The notes: generated by a model not told the origin, from the letters alone. 64,000 bases of DNA from Candidatus Zhuqueibacterota bacterium (GCA_049322915.1 JBMOPW010000002.1:64001-128000), one strand, 5' to 3'; shown: positions 23,869-34,835, numbered from the stretch's first letter. Numbers and translations: made by a program.

Positions 23869-24708
23869 ATGAGAGGCGTAATTATGCACAAAGACGAGAT
23901 GATCGATTTTCAGCGGGACGTCATCGACGCCAGTTTCAAAACCCCCATCGTGATCGACTTCTGGGCTGAATGGTGCGGACCCTGCCGCATTTTAGGGCCG
24001 GTATTGGAGCGGTTAGCTGCCCGCGCGAACGGCGCGTGGAAGCTGGTGAAAATCAATACAGAACTGCAAGCTGACATTGCCATGCAGTTCGACATCAGCA
24101 GCATTCCGGCGGTCAAATTGGTTTACAAAGCTGAAGTTATCAGCGAGTTCGTTGGCGCGTTGCCGGAGAATCAGATCGTTCAATGGCTGGAAAAAAACAT
24201 CCCCAACGAATCCAAAGATCTGGTGGAGAGCGCCAAACTTGCCTGGCGCGCCAATGACCCGAAAAAGGCCATCAAGCTGTTGAGTCAGGCGATTGAACTG
24301 GATGAAGAGAATATCGAAGCCAGAGTGATGCTTGCGAAAGCGCTGTTCGTAAAAGAGCAGGAGAAGGCGCTGCAACTGGTGGACACGATCCAGGAGGGCA
24401 GCCCATTTTTCGAAGATGTCGCCAGCATGCGGGCGCTGCTCCGACTGACGACGGAGTATGCGGCCATCAAAGCGCTCGCAGCAAAGCATGACACCCCGGC
24501 CTGGAGGGATTATCTCAAAGGAATTGATGCCTATCTGAAGATGGATTTCGAAACCGCGCTGGAATGGTGGATCGATTCAATCATTGTGGATCGAACCATC
24601 GATGATGATGGCGCGCGCAAAGCCTGCGTGGCGCTGTTCAGGCAGTTAGGGCGCGAACATGAAATCACGCAAAAATTTCACCGGCGATTTTCCTCGGCAT
24701 TGTATTGA
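23869..24708 (+). CDS. ybbN: Thioredoxin-TPR co-chaperone (YbbN/CnoX-like)
   Basis: DFWAEWCGPC, TPR-like C-terminus, ends RRFSSALY. Confidence 0.85.
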   Translation: MRGVIMHKDEMIDFQRDVIDASFKTPIVIDFWAEWCGPCRILGPVLERLAARANGAWKLVKINTELQADIAMQFDISSIPAVKLVYKAEVISEFVGALPENQIVQWLEKNIPNESKDLVESAKLAWRANDPKKAIKLLSQAIELDEENIEARVMLAKALFVKEQEKALQLVDTIQEGSPFFEDVASMRALLRLTTEYAAIKALAAKHDTPAWRDYLKGIDAYLKMDFETALEWWIDSIIVDRTIDDDGARKACVALFRQLGREHEITQKFHRRFSSALY

Positions 24709-24807
24709 AATCGATCGGGCGCCGGCCCAAATCGAACGGATGAAATCGCAATGGCCGGATGCATCGCCTGCGGCAACTCATTTTGAACAGACTGTGACAA
24801 CACCATC

Positions 24808-24842
24808 ACCTCCTGAGAAGGACTTTTTCAGGAGGTTTTTTT
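24808..24842 (+). terminator. Intrinsic terminator
   Basis: ACCTCCTGA...TCAGGAGGT hairpin followed by a T-run, between convergent genes. Confidence 0.75.
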
Positions 24843-24891
24843 ATTGGGGCTGGTGCGCAAGTTGCGCTGTCGGAAGCATCCGGCGCGGGAT

Positions 24892-26067
24892 TTATTTTAT
24901 GAGCGCCTGAATAGCGTGCAGAGACTCTTCGATCTCTTCTTCGGTGTTATAAAAATGGGGTGAAAATCGAAGCAGGCCTTCGCGCAGGGAGATGAAAATT
25001 TTTCCGGAAGTGAGGCCATCGAACACGCGCTGGGGATTCGCTGCCTGGGGCAGCTTGAGTGTGACGATGCCGGCGCGGTCATTGGGCGAGACAGGCGAGT
25101 ACAGCGTCGCGCCATCCATGCTGAGAATGCCCCTGGTCAGCTTTTGGGTCAATGCAGCGATGTGGCGTTCGATCCCATCGATGCCGAATTCCAGCAGCGT
25201 TTTGAGCGCCGCTTCCAGTCCCCACAAACCTGGAATATTTGCCGTCCCGCCTTCGTATCGGTTCGCTGCCGGCGATAACGATTGGTCGTAGTTGAAGAAA
25301 TCCCACGGTTCAGCTACAGACAGCCAGCCGAGATATTGCTGATGAATTCGCTGTTGCAGCGCTTCGGTGAGATAGAGAAATCCGGTGCCCTTGGGTCCCA
25401 TTTGCCACTTCTGGCAACCGGCAGCCAGTCCGTCGATGCGCATAGCCTGCACATCGATGTTCACAGCGCCGACCGCCTGAATGCCATCGACAAAAAACAA
25501 TATCCCTTTGTCCCTGCACAACGTCCCGACATTGGCCAGATCGGCGCGATAGCCGGAGAGAAATTGGACCGCGCTCAACGACACGAGTCGGGTGGCCGGC
25601 GTGATGGCCGCTTCAATCTTCTCCGCCGGAATCGTCCCGTTTTCGGATTTCACAAAATCGATGTCAACGCCAAAGCGGTGAAGGTTCAGGAACGGGTAGA
25701 CATTGGCGGGAAATTCCAGGTCATTGAGCAACACGCGATCACCTTTTTGCCAGGGCAGCCCGGAAACGACAATGTTGATGGCGTCGGATGTGTTGCCGGT
25801 CAGCGCGATCCTGTGCCGGGATTCCGCGTGAATGAGCACGTGAATCAGGGACTTGGTCGATTTGATGATGCTGGTATAGGTCGTGTCGTTGATGTCGCCG
25901 CAGCAGCGTTCATTCAGATGATGCATCATTGCGTCGACCACCCGCTGCGACTGGGGGCTGAGTGACGCATGGTTGAGGTAAATCATGCCGTTTTGAGTAT
26001 GCGGGAACAGCGCCCGCGCGCGGGCTATTATTTCCGGTGAAAACGTTTTTGCTGAATCGGAGAGCAT
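24892..26067 (-). CDS. Class V PLP-dependent enzyme (cysteine desulfurase/isopenicillin epimerase-like)
   Basis: YLNHAS, VDGIQAVG, QKWQMGP and RFSPHFYN motifs. Confidence 0.88.
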   Translation of the reverse strand: MLSDSAKTFSPEIIARARALFPHTQNGMIYLNHASLSPQSQRVVDAMMHHLNERCCGDINDTTYTSIIKSTKSLIHVLIHAESRHRIALTGNTSDAINIVVSGLPWQKGDRVLLNDLEFPANVYPFLNLHRFGVDIDFVKSENGTIPAEKIEAAITPATRLVSLSAVQFLSGYRADLANVGTLCRDKGILFFVDGIQAVGAVNIDVQAMRIDGLAAGCQKWQMGPKGTGFLYLTEALQQRIHQQYLGWLSVAEPWDFFNYDQSLSPAANRYEGGTANIPGLWGLEAALKTLLEFGIDGIERHIAALTQKLTRGILSMDGATLYSPVSPNDRAGIVTLKLPQAANPQRVFDGLTSGKIFISLREGLLRFSPHFYNTEEEIEESLHAIQALIK

Positions 26068-26182
26068 CAGTATTCCTGGCTAAGAGTGAAAAAATCCTGT
26101 CCTGTGGCTGCGCCGGCAGCCCCAAACAGGTTGACGGATTGGTCAACTTCTTAATGAATGAGGTAGAGTCGAAAAAGCCTGC

Positions 26183-26857
26183 TCACACGCTCGCGCCGGA
26201 AGGGGCAGTCAGTCGGACTCCCAATTGATACGTTTCATCCAGCACCTGTTGATTGCGCAGGAAATCCTCGTCGACCAGATGCTGCGGGATATTCATCTTC
26301 TCGTAAACGAGCCGCAGCCGATTTTTGTCCATGGTGATCTGATTGGGAATGGCTAACCGTGTCGCGCAGATGGTTGACAGCGTGTTCTCTGTGCCCAATT
26401 CAAAACAGATGAATTTGAATAGATCGAGGATAGGCAGCGAGTCGTGTTTCAGCGGTGAACCCAGCGTGAGCAGAAGGACGAAATTTTTATGCCACTTCAC
26501 CCACGGCGTATGTTTCAATCCATCTTCCAGGATTTGAACATGCACGAAGGAGCGAAATCGGTCCACAACTTTTTTGAGTTGCGATGGCATGTGGTGAAAA
26601 TAGATGGGTGTAGCAAAAATAATCGTAGTGGCGTCAAGAATTTTTTGGCTGACCACAGGCCAAGCGTCCTTATCCTGAGCGCACTTCTTCAAATGATTGC
26701 AGCGCAGACATCCGATGCAGGGTTCCAGATTCAGTTCATCCACTTTGATGATCTCGGCCGCCTCGCCATTGGTTTTGGCGCCGGTGATGAAAGATTTGAG
26801 CAGGATAGAGCTATTGCTATTTTTTCTCGGACTTCCATTAAATGCTAAAATGGACAT
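26183..26857 (-). CDS. Flavodoxin-family / iron-sulfur flavoprotein
   Basis: NGSPRKNSNS, CIGCLRC...C and ATPIYF motifs. Confidence 0.85.
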   Translation of the reverse strand: MSILAFNGSPRKNSNSSILLKSFITGAKTNGEAAEIIKVDELNLEPCIGCLRCNHLKKCAQDKDAWPVVSQKILDATTIIFATPIYFHHMPSQLKKVVDRFRSFVHVQILEDGLKHTPWVKWHKNFVLLLTLGSPLKHDSLPILDLFKFICFELGTENTLSTICATRLAIPNQITMDKNRLRLVYEKMNIPQHLVDEDFLRNQQVLDETYQLGVRLTAPSGASV

Positions 26858-26918
26858 GTATTTCTCCCAAACCTGATCGGAGCATTGACTGCCAATCAGG
26901 CTAATTGTTGTTATGTTT

Positions 26919-27111
26919 TAACTAGTACTCAGGTTCCAGGTTTAAAGGTTCCCGGTTCCGGGTTAAAGAGAATTTTCGTCGCTATCCAGGCATGTAGATT
27001 CGCCGCGAAGTCACCAATCCGCAAAGTTACACGAAGATGTCATTTTATTCGTTCTTGTTTTGTGCAATTCATTTTTTTAAACCACGTTCAGCTTTGTGGC
27101 TGAGCAGTTAC
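26919..27111. mobile_element. Second copy of the CTGAGCAGTTAC-ended element
   Basis: Shares CTCAGGTTCCAGGTTT..GGGTTAAAGAGAATTTTCGTCGCTATC and TGTGGCTGAGCAGT with 23629-23856. Confidence 0.7.
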
Positions 27112-27208
27112 GCGCAACGCTCAGATGAAATTAAAGCTGTCGCGCCGCATGATGGCCGGCGCTCTGGCAGCGGCGACGGGCAGGTCGAATTCGGATGAAT
27201 GCAAGCGC

Positions 27209-27595
27209 TCATCCCCCGGTCGGCATGAACAGCATCACGACGTTTCGTTCCGAATCGAAGATCCAGGCGTGCTTGCCCCAGGCAGTTGTCAAAATATTGG
27301 ACTCCCCGGACATCCCCTGTTTGATGTGGTTGGGGACGAAAAATTCAACGTGATTCGCAGCGAGATTCTCGACGAATTGCTCCATGTCCTTGTCGACCAG
27401 CAGAATGAGGCCGTTGGATGATCCTTCCGTGCCCAGCCAGATGATGGCATTCTCAATTTTCATGGCCGCCCAGGAATTCTCATCGGTTTCATCCAGTTTG
27501 CCCAGCAGGCTGAAGCCAAAATGGCGCTGGTAAAATTGGATGGCGCGATCGATATCTTCGGCAAAAAGATGAAAGTTGGCCTGAATTCTGTTCAT
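27209..27595 (-). CDS. VOC/glyoxalase family protein
   Basis: DIDRAIQFYQRHFGF and AWG...FDSERN motifs. Confidence 0.8.
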   Translation of the reverse strand: MNRIQANFHLFAEDIDRAIQFYQRHFGFSLLGKLDETDENSWAAMKIENAIIWLGTEGSSNGLILLVDKDMEQFVENLAANHVEFFVPNHIKQGMSGESNILTTAWGKHAWIFDSERNVVMLFMPTGG

Positions 27596-27891
27596 ACGTA
27601 GCTCCCAGGTTGCGATTTGATGTTGTGAACGAATTTGAATCCGACGCAGAATGATATGATGCTCGCAGTGATTTCAAATAGTAACTTCATTGGCCCAAAG
27701 TCCGGCCCGAATGAACTGTATTTCCAAAACAATCCCGGCGAAAATGCGGCGGCGCGGGCCATTCGGGCGATTTTAAAAAACCTGCAAATATACGAATTTA
27801 TTTTCAATAAATCAATCTGAAAAATGAACTCGTCGGCATTGTCGAACGCTCCGCTTTCCGATAGCGAGGCTAACACACTATCGCGAGTTGC

Positions 27892-28866
27892 TCAGAATTC
27901 CATGTTGGGCGTGAATAGCCATACGAGCTGGTTCGAATAGGACGCCTCAAATCCTCCGGCAGTGTGATCGTAGCGCCGAAGCGATTCCCATTTCACCCCG
28001 GCTCCTATCACGAGAAATGCCGTCCGTTCGCCCAGCCTGACCGGAAATTTCTTGGCAATGCTCACCATTTGAAACGAGGCAGGAGTCTCGGTGTCCTCAT
28101 GTTGCAGCGGTAATTTAGCCTGGTATTTGAGAATTGAATTTTTGAGAAGAGAAAAACCGGTTGTCTGATAGTCGGTGCTGTTTCGTTCCAATGAGACCGT
28201 CAGGGCGTTGCTCAGAAAGCAGTCTTGGTACACCTTTGTGCCGATCCGAAAATTCCAGAACAGTCGTTGTTGTGGTGATTGAGAAATGCCGATGAGCATC
28301 AATTCAGCCTGGTACCAGCGACCGATGAGATAGATATTGTTATGAATGAAATGGTTGCCTCCGGACAGCAGAAATCCGGCCAGCGCTGAACCGGCATTTC
28401 TGGCGTGAGTTAGGTCAGCGTCGGATTCGCGGTAGGCCAGCCGGATAATATTGCCCAGGAAGAGCGACATGGCATACGGCTCCTCATTTCCGGACCCTAA
28501 CGTGCGAAGCCCATTGATACTCCCGTAAATCTGGAATCGCCGGTACCAGTTGTAATGGCTCGTTTCCCAATGACTGCTCCACGCGGAGAACGGGTAGAGC
28601 GTGGCTTGAATCAAAAAATATTTAGGCAGGAACAGGCGCTTCAGCAACTCGGCGTAAATGGCTCGTTCCCGACCGGATTCCATGATGCGGGGGCGCTGCA
28701 AGCCCAGGTACAGCGAGCTGTACGGTTTGTACAAATCGAATGTGGCCTGACATCGAACGTAGACGCTTCCCACGCGGCTTTCCCTGGAAAGACTCTGAGC
28801 GGAGCCTCTCCCCGGGACGAACAGGAATAGGATAATGGCTAACAAAACTCTGCGTTGTATTTTCAT
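27892..28866 (-). CDS. Exported hypothetical protein, possibly outer-membrane
   Basis: Signal-like N-terminus, aromatic beta-rich sequence, C-terminal Phe. Confidence 0.6.
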   Translation of the reverse strand: MKIQRRVLLAIILFLFVPGRGSAQSLSRESRVGSVYVRCQATFDLYKPYSSLYLGLQRPRIMESGRERAIYAELLKRLFLPKYFLIQATLYPFSAWSSHWETSHYNWYRRFQIYGSINGLRTLGSGNEEPYAMSLFLGNIIRLAYRESDADLTHARNAGSALAGFLLSGGNHFIHNNIYLIGRWYQAELMLIGISQSPQQRLFWNFRIGTKVYQDCFLSNALTVSLERNSTDYQTTGFSLLKNSILKYQAKLPLQHEDTETPASFQMVSIAKKFPVRLGERTAFLVIGAGVKWESLRRYDHTAGGFEASYSNQLVWLFTPNMEF

Positions 28867-28954
28867 CGAACCCTATTTTGGATTGATCATCAAATATTTA
28901 CCCTCGAATCCCAAATTTAACAGTGCGTTCGTCAACTGAGCAGCGGCGCAGTAA

Positions 28955-30619
28955 CTATCGCTGCATGGATTTGGGGATCCACCACTGTTCCAGATTGTAG
29001 TCAAAACCCACCGGCATGGGATAGGGCTTTACGCCCTGAACGCGCTTATTCGTGGCCAGCATGCTGTCCCGTAAAAAAAGATAAATCACCGGCACATCTT
29101 CCGTGATAATTTCCTGCGCCTCGTAAAGGTACTGCCGCTGTTCGTTCTGGTCGAAAGTGCGCAGGGAGTTCTCCAGAATTCTATCCAATTCCGGATTGAT
29201 GTAGGTAGCCCAGTTGTATTCGGTATCATGAATCTGGCTGGAGTGGAATTCGAACGTCAAATCCGGTTCCAGCACACCCTGACCGCCACGCGTGACGCAC
29301 ATATCAAAATTGCGCTGGGCGACGAAGGTATTGAGGTAGACGCTCCATTCCACCACTTTGATCTTCATGTTCACGCCGACTTCCTTCAATTGCTGCTGAA
29401 CGATGGTGATGATTTGTTGCACGGCTTCGTTCTGGTGCGCCAGCATGGTGAATTCGAACGGCTTGCCGTCTTTCATGAGAATGCCATTGCTGTTGACTTC
29501 GGTCCAGCCGGCTTCCGCCAGCAGTTGTCTGGCTTGTTCCGGGTCGAATGGATATTTTTTGATATTGGGATTATGCGCCCATGAATTCTCCGGAATGGGC
29601 CCCCAGCAGGGTCGTCCCATGCCGAACTGGACGCCATCGATGATGCTCTGCTTGTCGATGGCATAGTAAAAAGCCTGACGCACGCGCCTGTCCTGGAACA
29701 GCGGCACCTTCAGATTGAACACCAGCCCGTACATGTAGGTGTCCTGATATTGGAATTTGTTGACGTGCTGTTCCACTTCCGAGCCGACCAGATCGCGGAT
29801 GAACTGCGTAGTGTGCAGCCGCGTCACCAGATCGAGATGGCCGGCTTTCAATTCCAGAATCTGTACAGCCGCTTCCGGGATGATTCTGAAAATCATGCGG
29901 TCCAGATAGGGACGTCCCCAGTAGCTTTTCTCGTTGGCCAGAAGCGTGATCTGTTCATTGCTTAGCCACTCGCCAAATTTGAACCTCCCATAGCCCATGG
30001 GATGGCGATTGAAGTCGTCGGTATTAATATCCTTGCCATCAAGGATGTGCTTCGGCAGGACGCCAATATCCCAGCGGTACACGGCGTAGACAAATGGTTC
30101 GTTGTAATAGACTTTGAACTGGTACTTGTCCAGCGCAATCACGGTATCGATTCGACTGAACGCGTAATGGACAATTGTTTTCGTCGTTGGATCGATGGCT
30201 TTTTTGTAGGTGAAAATAACATCCTCGGTCGTCACCTCCACGCCGTCTTCCCAAAGAACGCCTTCGCGAATCTTGAACGTGAGTTCCTTGCCGGACTCGG
30301 AAAATTGCCAGTGCTCTGCCAGGACCGGCAGCAGCCTGGGCATGCCTGGATTGGCCGGGTCTTCCAGAATTCGCACCAGGGGAGGGAACAAGTGAATTAT
30401 CACTTCGCACGACGCCCCGTCGCTGTAGCCGTAGAGCGGCTGCAGCGAAACCGGCTCTCCGCTGAGCGCGCGCACCAACGTGCCGCCAAATTCCGGTTTG
30501 GCTGGATCGAACTGTTGCGCCTGGTCGGCGCTGGACTGCTGCTGCGATTCCTTGCCGCACGACACAAACATCGCGAGCAGCGTGACCAAAAGAGCAATTC
30601 GAAAAGACGCACGATTCAT
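28955..30619 (-). CDS. ABC peptide-binding lipoprotein (family 5, OppA/DppA-like)
   Basis: Lipobox VSC; WEDG.EVTTEDV, GYGRFK and RVRQAF..AID motifs. Confidence 0.9.
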   Translation of the reverse strand: MNRASFRIALLVTLLAMFVSCGKESQQQSSADQAQQFDPAKPEFGGTLVRALSGEPVSLQPLYGYSDGASCEVIIHLFPPLVRILEDPANPGMPRLLPVLAEHWQFSESGKELTFKIREGVLWEDGVEVTTEDVIFTYKKAIDPTTKTIVHYAFSRIDTVIALDKYQFKVYYNEPFVYAVYRWDIGVLPKHILDGKDINTDDFNRHPMGYGRFKFGEWLSNEQITLLANEKSYWGRPYLDRMIFRIIPEAAVQILELKAGHLDLVTRLHTTQFIRDLVGSEVEQHVNKFQYQDTYMYGLVFNLKVPLFQDRRVRQAFYYAIDKQSIIDGVQFGMGRPCWGPIPENSWAHNPNIKKYPFDPEQARQLLAEAGWTEVNSNGILMKDGKPFEFTMLAHQNEAVQQIITIVQQQLKEVGVNMKIKVVEWSVYLNTFVAQRNFDMCVTRGGQGVLEPDLTFEFHSSQIHDTEYNWATYINPELDRILENSLRTFDQNEQRQYLYEAQEIITEDVPVIYLFLRDSMLATNKRVQGVKPYPMPVGFDYNLEQWWIPKSMQR

Positions 30620-31118
30620 TGACAGACCTCCATTGTAAGTGACTGTTACATAACAATGGCATGAATATATTTAAAATTAAATCCGTTGTCAAGAGAAAAT
30701 ATTGTGGCAAGCCACGGCCATGCAGACAGATGGGAGGGAGGAGCCTCCATGCAGCAATATCGGGAGAATAGTTATTGTCGGATTGCACGGTATTAGTGGG
30801 AGCAGGAAAAAACAATTTGCTCAATTCAGCGATACTTCCTGTATTTTAAATGGGGGATTAGAGCGCATGATGCATCAAATTTTTTGATGAAAAATCAATT
30901 GACTCTCGTGATAATTATTTCTAAATTGATGCATGACGAAGGCGCTGACACCGGAAAACTGATTTGACTGGAGTCTGAAATTTTGTGATCTTTATCAAAA
31001 CACAAATTCGAAATAAATGGTAATGTGCACAGGAGTAAAGATCAAAAATTTCATAGGGTTATTTTTTTGTGAGTTTTCCACGACTTCGTTTATTTACCTT
31101 TTTTTCAGGAGATGACAC

Positions 31119-33128
31119 ATGCAACATGAACAAACCCCGATTTTTTATCTCAGTGAAAAGGTTGATTCAGTCATTGAAAACGTCATTGGTAGCGTTGGAC
31201 CTACATTTAAACACGAACGACCTGAGAGCGCCGAAGATATTGTCGGCTTTTTCCACAATCAACAATCGCATTTCATTCTGATCCTCGACTCGGCGTTTTT
31301 CCTGAAAATTGCAGCCGATGCAACCTATCTGGCCGGGATCGATTCGGACCGATTCAGCATCATTCATTACAATGCCGCTGGGCAGGACCCGTTCGACACA
31401 CTGGCATCAAGTTCCACGCTCCCTGTCTTCACGTCACTGAGCGTTCCACTCAACAAAAGTCAACTCGCATTGGCGTTGATCAATTCCCGGAAACTGCTGC
31501 TGAGCAGGCTGGAAACAAAGCGGCTACAGTCCCGGTTGGAATTGCAGAACCAGGAGTTGCGCCAACTGAACGACATCGGGATTGCCCTGTCTGCGGAACG
31601 CGATCCGGATGCGCTGCTCGAAATGATTTTACGGAAGAGCCGCGAAATAACCCTTGCAGACGCCGGGAGCCTGTATCTGGTTGAACATAAAAATGGCACC
31701 CCGGAAGATGCCAACAACTATTTTGCCAATAAACAACTCCGCTTCAAACTGGCGCACTGCGATTCAATCACGATCCCATTCAAGGAAGCGGTCATGCCCA
31801 TTCAGAAAAAGAGCATTGCCGGCTATGTGGCGCTGTCCGGTCAGGTCGTCAATATCCCGGATGTGTATCATCTGCCGGCGGATTCTGAATTTGGGCACAA
31901 CCGAAGTTTCGACGAATCAGTGGGCTATCGCACAAAATCCATGCTGGTTATCCCGATGAAAAATCACAAAGATGAGATCATCGGTGTGTTGCAGCTCATC
32001 AATAAAAAGAAGAATTGGCATTCGCGGCTCTCAACGCCGGAAGCCATCGCTGAGGCGATCGTTGATTTCGATGAGAAGTGCGTGGACCTCGCCAACTCGC
32101 TGGCGAGCCAGGCCGCTGTGTCCATCGAGAACAACCGCCTGTATGAGGAAATCAAGAAGCTTTTCGAAGGATTTATCAAAGCGTCGGTGCACGCCATTGA
32201 ACAACGCGATCCCACCACGTCCGGTCACTCGGAGCGGGTGGCGATACTCACGACCGAATTGGCCAGGAAAGTCGATCAGGTGGATGTTGGCCGATTCAAA
32301 TATGTGAAATTTTCGCGCGACCAGATTCAGCAGATCAACTATGCCTCGCTGCTCCATGACTTCGGCAAAATTGGAGTTCGCGAGGATGTGCTTGTCAAAG
32401 CTAAAAAATTATTTCCGCACGAACTGGATGCGCTGAAAAGCCGCTTCAAAATAATCAAACAAGCCACAGAGCTGGATTTTTCAAAGGAAAAAATAACAGC
32501 GCTGCTGGAAAAAGAGCGGGAGAAAGCGATTCGGCAGTTCAGGCTGCTGGACGAGGATGCTCAGAAGCGGATTGTGGAACTCGATCGTTTCCTGGAATTC
32601 ATCTGCGAGGTGAATGAACCCACGGTGCTCAAAGAGACCGGTTTTGAAATGCTGGAACATATTGCAGAGCTGATTTTCAGGACAAACGGCGATTCGACCA
32701 AATTGCTGACTCCGAGAGAAGTCGAAGCATTGTCCATTCCCAAAGGGAGCCTGAGCAATCGGGAGCGCGTCGAAATTGAATCGCATGTGACGCACACATT
32801 CAATTTTTTGAGTCGCATCCCCTGGACAACCGAACTGCGACAGGTTCCGGAAATTGCCTACGCCCATCACGAAAAACTGGATGGCAGCGGTTACCCGCGC
32901 GGTCTCGACCGGAAGGATATCCCGATTCAATCCCAGATGATGACCATCGCCGACATTTACGATGCCTTGACCGCCTGGGACAGGCCTTACAAACGCGCGG
33001 TGCCGGTTGAAAAGGCGCTGCAGATTCTCCAGTGGGAGGTCAATGACGGTAAAGTGGATGCGGATCTATTCAAGCTCTTTGTAGAAGCAAAAGTCTTCGA
33101 TATGGTCAGGAAACCGGACAATGCCTGA
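31119..33128 (+). CDS. GAF + HD-GYP c-di-GMP phosphodiesterase
   Basis: GAF with NKK..F motif; RDPTTSGHSERV, LLHDFGK, HHEKLDGSGYP and DIYDALT motifs. Confidence 0.92.
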   Translation: MQHEQTPIFYLSEKVDSVIENVIGSVGPTFKHERPESAEDIVGFFHNQQSHFILILDSAFFLKIAADATYLAGIDSDRFSIIHYNAAGQDPFDTLASSSTLPVFTSLSVPLNKSQLALALINSRKLLLSRLETKRLQSRLELQNQELRQLNDIGIALSAERDPDALLEMILRKSREITLADAGSLYLVEHKNGTPEDANNYFANKQLRFKLAHCDSITIPFKEAVMPIQKKSIAGYVALSGQVVNIPDVYHLPADSEFGHNRSFDESVGYRTKSMLVIPMKNHKDEIIGVLQLINKKKNWHSRLSTPEAIAEAIVDFDEKCVDLANSLASQAAVSIENNRLYEEIKKLFEGFIKASVHAIEQRDPTTSGHSERVAILTTELARKVDQVDVGRFKYVKFSRDQIQQINYASLLHDFGKIGVREDVLVKAKKLFPHELDALKSRFKIIKQATELDFSKEKITALLEKEREKAIRQFRLLDEDAQKRIVELDRFLEFICEVNEPTVLKETGFEMLEHIAELIFRTNGDSTKLLTPREVEALSIPKGSLSNRERVEIESHVTHTFNFLSRIPWTTELRQVPEIAYAHHEKLDGSGYPRGLDRKDIPIQSQMMTIADIYDALTAWDRPYKRAVPVEKALQILQWEVNDGKVDADLFKLFVEAKVFDMVRKPDNA

Positions 33129-33280
33129 TTCCCTTCAGCGACTCTCTGACGTGCTGGCAGGCTGCAATTTTTCTGAAGAATAAATATTTGACTCATGAAG
33201 CTCTGGACTATCATCATTATTCCAGGGCTTTTTTTATTGAGTCGTACAATTCATGTCAGTCATAAATTTCCGGAGGTCTT

Positions 33281-34687
33281 ATGTTGCGTCGATTGATGTT
33301 CCTGGTTCTGTTCGCTATGCCGGGTCATCTCATGGCCGGCGAGCAGACGAAGCCGACACATGTCGCGGATCTGGACGTCACCTTCATCAGCCGAACGCCG
33401 CGCTATGAGCGGCTGCGCGCGAGTTATTATCAGCGCTCTGATGGTATGGTGGGAGATGTCAATCCCTATTTGACCGAGGCTGAAAAACAAAAGAAGCGCT
33501 GGCCGGATGAGGGAGAGGTCGTCACCTTCACCGCCCATGTGAAAAATTTTGGTGACGTCGCTGTCGAAGCCTATGAATATCTGTGGATGGTGGATGGCAA
33601 AACGATGAAGCGTGGGATTTCTGCGCGACTCTCGCCGGGGCAGGAGCATGAATTTCAACTGCAGTGGAACTGGCTGAACGGCCCTCACGCAGTTTCATTT
33701 CAGGTGGATCCGCTGGGACAGATTCGGGAAATCAGCACGCGTAACAATCAGTTGACCGATCGAACCGATGCGCTGACGTTTCATTTTCATGTCGAGCAGT
33801 CGCTGTACGATTATTTCCAGACAATCAGAAATTCATGGGGAACCTATAGTTGGGATGATTGGGCGCAGAGTCACGTCGCGCTGATGAATGAAATGTTCAG
33901 GCGCGCCGTTTATCCAACAACGCCGGAAGGAATTCTGGAACGGGTACGACTGGACAAAATCACCATTCACAAGGATGGCGAACTCGATCCCGAGGGAACG
34001 CATGCCCCGGAAGATTGGGAATGGGACGGCCGTTGGGGATTCAAGCGCGACTATTTGAATGATAATTTTTATGAGAAAAATCCATGGGCCGTGGAACATG
34101 AATGGTCGTTGATTCACGAACTGGGACATCAGGTTGGGCGGATTGATCTGTACTGCCTCGATGTCGCTGCTGCTCAGAATAAAGTGACCGGCGAACGGTA
34201 TGTTTCCAAAACCGTGGATGGGATGATGCATCGCGGTATCTATTTGCCGCAGCATGAAGTTCACTTTTTTTGTGAACATACAGCCGCGTCTTTCAATCGG
34301 GATAAAGGCGTTCGGCGCGGTTTTTTCGGGGAGTATCTGATGGACATTCCCCAGGACAATGTGCTGATCTTTTTGAATCAGAAATATGAAGCGTTGAAGA
34401 ACGCAGAAATATCCGTCTACCAGGCAAAGCCCTTCGGCTACACGGAAAAGATCATCGAGCCCCCGGCGAAATTCACCGGTCGCACCACGGAAGCAGGGGA
34501 ATTCCCGTTGCCGGAAAATCCCTTCGGCGAAATCAATAATTGGGGCACGAATGGCATTTTCCTGATTGAGGTCAGAGCCGGAGAGGGCGCCTATTTTCAT
34601 TGGATGGAGATAGTCGATTTCAATCTGGAGTATTGGCGCGGCAATCGAATCAAGGCGGAGTACAAACTCGTGATGCCTGTGGAATGA
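33281..34687 (+). CDS. Secreted CARDB-domain putative zinc metalloprotease
   Basis: Signal peptide; VKNFG...VDP...EISTRNN (CARDB-like); HELGHQVGRID (HExxHxxGxxD). Confidence 0.7.
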   Translation: MLRRLMFLVLFAMPGHLMAGEQTKPTHVADLDVTFISRTPRYERLRASYYQRSDGMVGDVNPYLTEAEKQKKRWPDEGEVVTFTAHVKNFGDVAVEAYEYLWMVDGKTMKRGISARLSPGQEHEFQLQWNWLNGPHAVSFQVDPLGQIREISTRNNQLTDRTDALTFHFHVEQSLYDYFQTIRNSWGTYSWDDWAQSHVALMNEMFRRAVYPTTPEGILERVRLDKITIHKDGELDPEGTHAPEDWEWDGRWGFKRDYLNDNFYEKNPWAVEHEWSLIHELGHQVGRIDLYCLDVAAAQNKVTGERYVSKTVDGMMHRGIYLPQHEVHFFCEHTAASFNRDKGVRRGFFGEYLMDIPQDNVLIFLNQKYEALKNAEISVYQAKPFGYTEKIIEPPAKFTGRTTEAGEFPLPENPFGEINNWGTNGIFLIEVRAGEGAYFHWMEIVDFNLEYWRGNRIKAEYKLVMPVE

Positions 34688-34835
34688 TGACAACCGTCCG
34701 TGCCACAATACGCGTGACTTGTGACAGATTGGCCCGGAGTCTGAAATTGTTACAAACGACGCATCACCCAACGACCTGAACCTTCCCTTCAGTTAACTCA
34801 ATTAAATTTAACATGTAAAAATGGAAAAATAAACC

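Noticed and set aside
27592..27876. 94-aa minus-strand ORF
   Set aside because: It has no motifs and spans a promoter-like AT-rich stretch upstream of the VOC gene.
30630..30659. Palindrome near the RBS of the ABC binding-protein gene (TGTAA-N7-TTACA)
   Set aside because: It is short, occurs once and has no neighbouring regulator, so it could be chance.
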